NCBI GenBank assembly: GCA_964523215.1
Contig: CAZFYJ010000002.1
Location: forward strand, 1-33,234
Origin: an uncultured Sphingomonadaceae bacterium
GTDB lineage: Bacteria > Pseudomonadota > Alphaproteobacteria > Sphingomonadales > Sphingomonadaceae
Direction: 5' to 3'
DNA length: 33,234 nucleotides
The notes beneath the pieces are model-generated. The model was given only the letters and a program-made list of their open reading frames with translations. It was not told where the DNA came from and did no database searches. Shown here one piece after another: positions 19,363-25,900 of the stretch (positions are counted from its first letter, which is position 1; each line of letters starts with the position of its first letter). A program made the translations under genes and the position numbers.

Positions 19363-19937
19363 CAATCCATATGCTTCAGGCCGACGCGCAGATAATCCCA
19401 GCCGGTGATCAGCGTCAGCACAGCGGCGGCCCACAGGGACGCAAGGCCCGTCTGCTTGATCCACGCCTCTTGCGGCAGCGCACCGGCAAGAATGAGCGCG
19501 CCGAGGGCAATGATCTGGAAGGTCGTCTTCCATTTGGCGAGCTGCGATACCGGCACCGAAACGCGCAAATCCGCCAGGAATTCGCGCAACCCCGATACCG
19601 CCATTTCGCGCAGCAGGATCACCAGCGCGGGGATCAGATGGATGCCGGTGATCGATGCCGCATCATGCCGGGTTCCGACGAGCATGATGATAACGGCAGC
19701 CACCATGATCTTGTCCGCAATGGGATCAAGAAACACGCCCATTTTCGAAACCGTGCCCTGTGCGCGGGCGACATAGCCATCGAAATAATCGGTGATCCCC
19801 ATCAGGCAATAGAGCGCAAAGCCCAGCGCATAGCCCAGCTCCCACCCCGGGAACCACAACAGGCCAACCAGAAGCGGCACGGCGAAAATGCGCGAAAGCG
19901 TGAGCAGATTGGCAAGGCCGAACATCGCTGCGGCCAT
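19362..19937 (-). CDS. pgsA: CDP-diacylglycerol--glycerol-3-phosphate 3-phosphatidyltransferase
   Basis: The start was set at ATG 19937 (MAAAMFGLANLLTLSRI...). It has the CDP-alcohol phosphotransferase motif DYFDGYVARAQGTVSKMGVFLDPIADK. The ATG at 19925 is an alternative start. Confidence 0.88.
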   Translation of the reverse strand: MAAAMFGLANLLTLSRIFAVPLLVGLLWFPGWELGYALGFALYCLMGITDYFDGYVARAQGTVSKMGVFLDPIADKIMVAAVIIMLVGTRHDAASITGIHLIPALVILLREMAVSGLREFLADLRVSVPVSQLAKWKTTFQIIALGALILAGALPQEAWIKQTGLASLWAAAVLTLITGWDYLRVGLKHMD

Positions 19938-20040
19938 AATGCCATATCGTGCACAACAAAAGCCTTTTGACCTCATCCTGTCATGCCGATATGCGACGGC
20001 GCAGCTTGTGGGGCCCGGCCCCATCTTTGTGGGGCGCAGA

Positions 20041-21333
20041 ATGGCAACGACCTTATCCCTCGTCAGCAAACGGCGCTTCCTGCCCTTGTTCGTCACCCAG
20101 CTGCTCGGCGCATTCAACGACAATCTCTACAAAAACGCCGTCGTGCTGTTTTTCGTCTACACGATCTATGACGACCCGAAAGTCGAAGGCTGGATCAGCG
20201 GGATCGCAACCTTTCTGTTCATCCTGCCGTTTTTCCTGCTGTCTGCGCTTTCGGGACAGCTGGCCGACATGCGCGACAAGGCCCGCATCATCCGCATCGT
20301 CAAGGCGAGCGAAATCGCCATCATGGTCGCTGGCGGCCTTGGTCTGTTGCTCGCATGGCAGGGCATTGCCATGCCCATTGCGAGCGCGCTGATGATGGGC
20401 GGCATTCTGGCGATGGGCGTGCACTCAACCTTTTTCGGGCCGATCAAATATGCGATCCTGCCCCAGCATCTTGAGCCGGACGAAGTGCTGGGCGGCACTG
20501 GCCTGGTGGAAGCAGGCACCTATATTGCGATCCTTGCCGGCACGGTGCTTGCCGGCTTTGTGGCGGTGGAATGGGCCGCGCTGCTGTGCCTTGCAACTGC
20601 ACTGGTCGGCTACTGGACCGGACGGCAGGTGCCGCCGGCTCCGCCGCTTGCCACGCCAGAGCCGCTCGATTTTCACATTTTGCGCTCGTCGATGGCGCTG
20701 GTGCGTTCCACCATGCGCATCCGCAGGCTGTTTCTTGCGATCATTTCGATCAGCTTTTTCTGGACGATCGGCGCGGTGCTGATCATCCAGTTTCCGCCGC
20801 TCGCCAAAAATGTGCTGACCGCGGGCAAGGATGTCGCCAGCATGTTTCTCGGCGTGTTTTCCATTGGCGTCGCCATCGGCTCAGTCATCGTGAACCGCAT
20901 GCTCAAAGGCGAGGTATCGGCCCGCTATGCGCCCGGTTCGGTGATTGCGATGGGCGTGTGCGTCGTCCTGTTCTATTTCATCTGCCGCAGCTGGATCGGC
21001 GCGCCCGATGGCACGCTCTATGCCATTCCCGAATTTCTCGACCATGACGATGCCTGGATTCTGATGGCCACGCTTCTGGCGATTGCGATCACCGGCGGGA
21101 TGTTTGTTGTCCCGCTTTATGCATTTCTGACAACCACCGTCGCAAAGAGCGAAACCGCCCGCACGGTTGCTGCGAACAATATCGTCAATTCCGGGGCGAT
21201 GGTTGCGGGGTCGCTGCTCGCCATGGCATTGTCAACATTCGGGGTGGCCGTGGTCGATCAGCTGCTGCTGAGCGCGGTGATGTGCCTTGTTTCGGCCTGG
21301 CTGGCGCACGAGCTGCACAAGGCGTGTGATTAG
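20041..21333 (+). CDS. MFS transporter, lysophospholipid-transporter (LplT)-like
   Basis: The start was set at ATG 20041. The N-terminus MATTLSLVSKRRFLPLFVTQLLGAFNDNLYKNAVV resembles LplT or the MFS part of Aas fusion proteins. About 12 TM segments. Confidence 0.65.
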   Translation: MATTLSLVSKRRFLPLFVTQLLGAFNDNLYKNAVVLFFVYTIYDDPKVEGWISGIATFLFILPFFLLSALSGQLADMRDKARIIRIVKASEIAIMVAGGLGLLLAWQGIAMPIASALMMGGILAMGVHSTFFGPIKYAILPQHLEPDEVLGGTGLVEAGTYIAILAGTVLAGFVAVEWAALLCLATALVGYWTGRQVPPAPPLATPEPLDFHILRSSMALVRSTMRIRRLFLAIISISFFWTIGAVLIIQFPPLAKNVLTAGKDVASMFLGVFSIGVAIGSVIVNRMLKGEVSARYAPGSVIAMGVCVVLFYFICRSWIGAPDGTLYAIPEFLDHDDAWILMATLLAIAITGGMFVVPLYAFLTTTVAKSETARTVAANNIVNSGAMVAGSLLAMALSTFGVAVVDQLLLSAVMCLVSAWLAHELHKACD

Positions 21334-21338
21334 GGTCA

Positions 21339-21372
21339 GGCCCCCAGCGCTGATGCCGGAGGGCCCCATTTT
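21339..21372. terminator. Weak hairpin plus short T-run between the MFS gene and the small reverse ORF
   Basis: GGCCC (21339-21343) pairs with GGGCC (21361-21365) and is followed by CCATTTTG. The stem is short, the loop is 17 nt and there are only four T residues. Confidence 0.3.
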
Positions 21373-21385
21373 GTGCTGACGCTGA

Positions 21386-21613
21386 TCAGCCGATGAAGAC
21401 CATCGTTGCAACAAAGAAGATGGCAAAGCTCTTGGCAAAAAGCTGCAGCTGGTCACTCGGGTTCCAGCGCCGGCGCGGTGGGCTGTAGAATCCCCGCTCG
21501 ATCGAAAGCTCGATCGGCACAATCTGCACCATCCGGCGCTTTTGCTGTTTGTCTTGCGGGCGCTGCACGTGCGCGGCGAGCAAGCTGGCATAGGGGGTAG
21601 GCGTGGCGTCCAT
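21386..21613 (-). CDS. Hypothetical small protein with C-terminal hydrophobic tail
   Basis: 75-aa ORF downstream of nadC on the same strand. Third-position GC looks like coding sequence. The C-terminus FAKSFAIFFVATMVFIG looks like a tail anchor. No family was recognised, and the internal Met at residue 28 is a possible start. Confidence 0.4.
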   Translation of the reverse strand: MDATPTPYASLLAAHVQRPQDKQQKRRMVQIVPIELSIERGFYSPPRRRWNPSDQLQLFAKSFAIFFVATMVFIG

Positions 21614-21712
21614 CGTCTGCGATTAAGACTTTGTTTACCACGCCGCCTAGCCTGAAAGAGGGTTAATGGCTGGCGCGTGCTGGCCTGTCCCGCATGGGGA
21701 CAGCGGCGACAA

Positions 21713-22627
21713 TCAGAGGTTAACCGCAAAGTCCAGCCCGATATCAGCGGCGGGTGCGCTTTGTGTCAGCCGACCCACCGAAATATAGGTGACCCCGGTT
21801 TCGGCCTTGGCGCGGATCGTTTCCAGCGTAACCCCGCCAGAGGCCTCGGTCGGCACGCGCCCATCGACCAGCGCGACCGCTGCACGCAATGTGGCCACAT
21901 CCATATTGTCGAGCAGCAAATGGGTGGCGCCTGCCTGCAACCCTGGCTCGATCTGCTCCAGCCGGTCCACTTCGAGGATGATATGTTTGATGCCTGCGGC
22001 GACTGCGGCTTTCACGGCCGCCTCCACGCTGCCGGCAACTGCCACGTGATTATCCTTGATCATCGCCGCATCCCAAAGGCCCATGCGGTGATTGCGGGCC
22101 CCGCCCATGCGGGTTGCATATTTTTCGAGCAGCCTGAGGCCCGGGATTGTCTTGCGCGTATCAAGGAGGATGCAGCCCGTGCCGGCAATCGCATCGACAT
22201 AGCGCCGGGTGAGGGTGGCGATGCCGCTCAGATGCTGCACCGTGTTGAGCGCAGAACGTTCGGCGGTCAGCATGGCGCGGGCATTGCCCTCGATGCGGAG
22301 CAGATCCGCGCCGGCCGGCACATGATCCCCGTCCGCGGCAAGCGCCGTGATGGAGACATTCGCGTCGAGCGCCTGAAAAAAGGCCATGGCAAGCGGCAAC
22401 CCGGCAACCACAATGGCATCGCGGCTGTCCATCACGCCGGAAAAGCGCTGCCCGGCGGGAATGGTGGCAGCGGCGGTAATGTCGCCCAGCTGCGGCCCGC
22501 CCGGAGGCCCCAAATCCTCGGCCAGAGTGGCGGCGACGAACTGTGCGGCATCAAAGCCGGCAATGTCGATCACGGGGCTGGCGCTGGTCGGGCCGCTTCG
22601 AGGCGCGGGTGGCTGGGGCGTGCTCAT
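21713..22627 (-). CDS. nadC: Nicotinate-nucleotide pyrophosphorylase (carboxylating)
   Basis: 304 aa with the QPRTase signature LLDTRKTIPGLRLLEKYATRMGGARNHRMGLWDAAMIKDNH. Confidence 0.93.
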   Translation of the reverse strand: MSTPQPPAPRSGPTSASPVIDIAGFDAAQFVAATLAEDLGPPGGPQLGDITAAATIPAGQRFSGVMDSRDAIVVAGLPLAMAFFQALDANVSITALAADGDHVPAGADLLRIEGNARAMLTAERSALNTVQHLSGIATLTRRYVDAIAGTGCILLDTRKTIPGLRLLEKYATRMGGARNHRMGLWDAAMIKDNHVAVAGSVEAAVKAAVAAGIKHIILEVDRLEQIEPGLQAGATHLLLDNMDVATLRAAVALVDGRVPTEASGGVTLETIRAKAETGVTYISVGRLTQSAPAADIGLDFAVNL

Positions 22628-22892
22628 GGGTTCGGCATAGCGCCAACCGGGCGGCTTGCGAAGCCTTGGGCAACGCCAAAGATGACACTTGTGTCATCGA
22701 TATGTGGCCCTGCTGGCGCGGTCGGCTGAGACAGCAGGGACTGGACCTGTGGTCCATTTCGGATCATAGTTGCGGGGTCGAGTCCAAAGCAGCCATGGCG
22801 TGCTGCGCATAATGATAAACGATCGACCTTTTTTTGGCGTCGCAACATGTTGAAATCCCGCGCTTCTATGCGCGGCATAAACAGGGGAATGC

Positions 22893-23942
22893 GTGCCACA
22901 ATTTTGCGAAACCCGTGCCGCCACAGCGCATGCCGATCCTGCGAGCGAGGCGATGCAGCGCCGGCCGATCGGGATGTGCGCCGCTGCACCCGGGGCCCGT
23001 GAGATTGTTGCAATCGCGCATGACGCGCCCGATTTCGGCTGGATTGGCAACAGCGTTGCAGCCCAGCGCGTGCGTGCAATGGTGCGGCGGGTTGCGCCGG
23101 CGGCGTGCACCGTGCTGATCGAGGGGAAAACCGGCACAGGCAAGGACGTGGTTGCCATGGCGCTCCACCGCCAGGGACTGCGTGCGCGGCGCCCGCTGGT
23201 CACAATCAACTGCGCCGCCATCCCCGAAACCCTGATCGAGGGAGAATTGTTCGGCTATCGCAAGGGCGCGTTCACGGGCGCGCACTGCGGCTATGCGGGC
23301 AAGATTGCGCTTGCCGATCGCGGCACGCTGTTTCTCGACGAAGTGGGCGAGCTCAGCCTTGCTGCGCAGGCCAAATTGCTGCGGGTTCTGGAAAATCGGG
23401 AGGTTGTTCCCCTGGGCGGGGCAGAGCGGCGCATTGTTGATGTGCGCATCATTGCGGCAACCAATCAGCATCTCGAGGCTGCTGTTGCGGCGGGGCGCTT
23501 CCGCGCGGATCTGTTTTACCGGCTGGCGGTGGTGCGCCTGTCGCTGCCCGCGCTTGCCTCTCACCGGGAGGATATTGCGCCGATCGCGCAGCATCTGGTG
23601 GCGCGCATGGCAGCCGACATGCAGCTGGCCGAGGTCCACATTGCCGCCGATTGCCTGGCCGCATTGAAGCAGCATGACTGGCCGGGCAATGTGCGCGAGC
23701 TGCGCAACGCGCTCGAACATGCGCTGGTGATCGCGCCCGATCCCACACGGTTGACGGCGGATGATCTGCCCGATTCAGTGCGCTTTGTGCCTGTGCCCCC
23801 GGCCGGGCGCGATGCTGCCGACGATCGCCAGCTGCTGGTCGACGCGCTGGCGGCGTGCGCCGGGAAAAAGGCCGATGCGGCCCGCATGCTCAAATGCTCG
23901 CGCATGACACTCTATCGCCGCATGGAGCGTGCCGGCCTGTAA
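22893..23942 (+). CDS. Sigma-54-dependent transcriptional activator (bEBP) lacking an N-terminal sensory/receiver domain
   Basis: AAA+ core with Walker A (LIEGKTGTGKD), ELFGYRKGAFTGA (the GAFTGA sigma-54 contact loop) and Walker B (GTLFLDEVGEL). It has a C-terminal Fis-type HTH (KKADAARMLKCSRMTLYRRMERAGL). Only about 45-65 residues precede the AAA+ domain. The start is ambiguous: GTG 22893 or ATG 22953. Confidence 0.9.
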   Translation: MPQFCETRAATAHADPASEAMQRRPIGMCAAAPGAREIVAIAHDAPDFGWIGNSVAAQRVRAMVRRVAPAACTVLIEGKTGTGKDVVAMALHRQGLRARRPLVTINCAAIPETLIEGELFGYRKGAFTGAHCGYAGKIALADRGTLFLDEVGELSLAAQAKLLRVLENREVVPLGGAERRIVDVRIIAATNQHLEAAVAAGRFRADLFYRLAVVRLSLPALASHREDIAPIAQHLVARMAADMQLAEVHIAADCLAALKQHDWPGNVRELRNALEHALVIAPDPTRLTADDLPDSVRFVPVPPAGRDAADDRQLLVDALAACAGKKADAARMLKCSRMTLYRRMERAGL

Positions 23943-23946
23943 CAGC

Positions 23947-23989
23947 TGTCACAGCCGGCGTGACGGAAACTGTCACAGCACATGTGACA
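23947..23989. promoter_or_regulatory. Two tandem palindromes TGTCAC-N7-GTGAC(G/A): candidate enhancer (UAS) sites for the adjacent bEBP
   Basis: Site 1 is 23947-23965 (tgtcacagccggcgtgacg) and site 2 is 23971-23989 (tgtcacagcacatgtgaca). The centres are 24 bp apart and lie about 85 and 61 bp upstream of the -24 GG. An A6 tract (24008-24013) lies between the sites and the promoter. Confidence 0.6.
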
Positions 23990-24039
23990 CATCATGGCCT
24001 TGCGCACAAAAAACGCTTTCGGATCAATGCTTACGCAAC

Positions 24040-24055
24040 TGGCATGCTGCTTGCT
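24040..24055 (+). promoter_or_regulatory. Sigma-54 (-24/-12) promoter
   Basis: TGGCATgctgcTTGCT matches TGGCAC-N5-TTGCW at all but one position, with exact GG-to-GC spacing. It lies directly downstream of a bEBP gene and the palindromic sites, and directly upstream of the CIS operon. Confidence 0.7.
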
Positions 24056-24066
24056 GATGAAAGGGC

Positions 24067-24420
24067 ATGACGGATGCAGACCGGCACGCCCAGCAGGATC
24101 AGCACAGCGCGGAGGCAGCACAGCCGGCGCGCCACTATGTCAATCACATTGCCTTGAGCGTCAGCCTGTCTGAAGTGCGGATCGATCTGGGGCAGGATTT
24201 TCCGGATGAACATTCGCCGCGGCCGCAGTGCCGCCTCGTCACCAGCCCGGTCCATCTCCAGCGGATCGAACACAGTATCGCGGCTGCCCTCTCCCTCTAT
24301 CGCAGCCGTTTCGGGCTGATAGGCGAGCCCGGTGGCTGGAGCCGCGCCGACGGATCGCCCGCGGCAGATGCACCTGCAGACACCTCACCCGATCTGCCGG
24401 GGCCGGAGGGGCGGCACTGA
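24067..24420 (+). CDS. DUF3467-like small protein, first gene of the CIS operon
   Basis: 117 aa. HYVNHIALSVSLSEVRIDLGQDFP...CRLVTSPVHLQRIEHSIAAALSLYRSRFG fits my memory of the DUF3467 pattern (YSN....HS..EF..DF........K.R....P.HAKRL...L...I..YE...G). The C-terminal tail is disordered and Pro/Asp-rich. Confidence 0.55.
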   Translation: MTDADRHAQQDQHSAEAAQPARHYVNHIALSVSLSEVRIDLGQDFPDEHSPRPQCRLVTSPVHLQRIEHSIAAALSLYRSRFGLIGEPGGWSRADGSPAADAPADTSPDLPGPEGRH

Positions 24421-25031
24421 TGGCGGGGCTTGATGCGATCCATGCTGTGGGGGATAGTCTCGCGCTCTTGCTGCAGCGCAGGCGTGGCCTGCTGGCGGCC
24501 GAGGGGCGGCTCGCCCCGGTGCCGGAAAGCGATACCATCCAGCAGCTCACCGTGCCGGCGCTGATTGCTGCGCCGCCTGCGGCCGGGCTTTCGATCAGCT
24601 GCTATCATCTCGATTATTCCGAAGCCGTGCCAGGCCGACGCGCGACCAGCGATCCGGCGGCCGCGCACGGCATTTCGCTGGAGCTGAACTATCTGATCGC
24701 CAGCTGGAGCAACACGCCCGCCGCCGATATGGCGCAGCTGAGCTGGGCCATGCTGGAGCTGGGCCGGTTTCCGACGATCGATCGGGCGCTGATGGCCAAT
24801 CCGGCGGGCTGGGGGCGCGATGAGAGCCTGCAGATCGTGCCGCAGCAGGCGCAGCCGGAGCAGATCTTCCGAATCTGGGAAGCGCTCAAGATGAAGCATC
24901 GGCTCGCCGCCTTGTTCAAGGTGCGCGTGGTGCGCATTGGCTATGGTCCGGTTGCAGATGCGGCACCGGTGGTCGCATCCCGCTTCAGCTTTGCGCATGG
25001 GGATGTCAGCGAAGAGGCGGCCATCGCATGA
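24420..25031 (+). CDS. DUF4255 (Pvc16/Afp16 N-terminal domain) protein, CIS tail terminator/cap
   Basis: The start is the ATG at 24420, inside track ORF 24228..25031 (TGATG overlap with the previous stop). The features AVGDSLALLL, LSISCYHLDYSE, LELNYLIASWS...M..L and LFKVRVVRIG are typical of DUF4255. Confidence 0.7.
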   Translation: MAGLDAIHAVGDSLALLLQRRRGLLAAEGRLAPVPESDTIQQLTVPALIAAPPAAGLSISCYHLDYSEAVPGRRATSDPAAAHGISLELNYLIASWSNTPAADMAQLSWAMLELGRFPTIDRALMANPAGWGRDESLQIVPQQAQPEQIFRIWEALKMKHRLAALFKVRVVRIGYGPVADAAPVVASRFSFAHGDVSEEAAIA

Positions 25032-25834
25032 TGACGATGCTGCGCCCCGATCTGCTCGACCGGCGGGCGCTGGCGCTGGTCCAGCTGCTTGATGCGCTTG
25101 GCCGTCCGCTGGCCGCGACGGCACGGATGACAGCCCCGGCGCTGCGCCTCTATGCCAAGGGCAGCGGGCGCTATGCGGTGCTCGGGGCGGCGGGGCTTGA
25201 GGATTATGCCGCCAGCTTTGCAACGCCCGCGGCCCCCGCCTTGCGCAGCGTCAGCCTGCCAGTGGATATTGTGCCCGGCGATGGCGCACATCTGCCCCGC
25301 CGCTTTACCCTGGCGTTGCCCCGCGATCCCGATCCGGCACAGCGCGGCACTGCTGCGAGCCTGTTCGATGCGATTCCGGTCGCGCTGCTGCCAAGCCCCG
25401 CAGCGGGCATTCCGGCGACAGCGGCGGCGGTGCGCGTCACCGTGCGCAAGCGCAATGACGGGCGGCGTGTCGCGGGGGCGCTGGTCCGCGTGGCAAGCGA
25501 CAATGGCCGCTTCACGGCCACCGGCATGACCGACGCGACGGGCGAGGCGCTGGTGCTGATCCCTGCATTTCCGGGCGCATTTCCCGGCCCCGGGGCCAAG
25601 CTGCAGGATTTTCTGCCGGGGAAGGTGACGGCCGTTGCCGATCCTGCCCGCGCCGTGCTGGTTGCCGAGGATGGCCTGCTGGCCGCCCAGGCAGAGGCGG
25701 CCCGGCAGGTCGCCGGATTTGCTGATCCCGATGCACTGGCAGCAGCCTTTCCTGCGCCCAGTGCCGGCGCCGTTGCCATCCGGCTCTCCACCCGTCGCCC
25801 GGCCATCGCCCAGGCGGAATGGAGGGCGCCATGA
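25028..25834 (+). CDS. Hypothetical CIS-associated protein with a carboxypeptidase-regulatory-like beta-sandwich segment
   Basis: 268 aa, starting in an ATGA overlap with the cap gene. The segment VRVTVRKRNDGRRVAGALVRVASDNGRFTATGMTDATGEALVLIP resembles CarboxypepD_reg/Big-like folds. Nothing else was recognised. Confidence 0.5.
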   Translation: MMTMLRPDLLDRRALALVQLLDALGRPLAATARMTAPALRLYAKGSGRYAVLGAAGLEDYAASFATPAAPALRSVSLPVDIVPGDGAHLPRRFTLALPRDPDPAQRGTAASLFDAIPVALLPSPAAGIPATAAAVRVTVRKRNDGRRVAGALVRVASDNGRFTATGMTDATGEALVLIPAFPGAFPGPGAKLQDFLPGKVTAVADPARAVLVAEDGLLAAQAEAARQVAGFADPDALAAAFPAPSAGAVAIRLSTRRPAIAQAEWRAP

Positions 25835-25900
25835 TGATTGTCCATCGGGTGCCGCTGCCTGCCATGGCCGCTCGCATAATTCTCTTGAAGGAGCATGATA

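Noticed and set aside
22894-22907. Sigma-54-like sequence TGCCACAATTTTGC at the start of the bEBP gene
   Set aside because: The invariant -24 GG is replaced by GC. The sequence also lies at or inside the putative coding start.
24020-24035. IHF site between UAS and the -24/-12 promoter (gATCAAtgctTAc)
   Set aside because: Only the ATCAA core matches WATCAANNNNTTR. The 5' W and the TTR positions do not fit. The nearby A6 tract may supply bending instead.
24228-24419. 64-codon upstream extension of the DUF4255 ORF
   Set aside because: It overlaps the DUF3467-like gene in another frame and is Pro/Arg-rich. The ATG at 24420, in a TGATG junction, gives a typical DUF4255 N-terminus.
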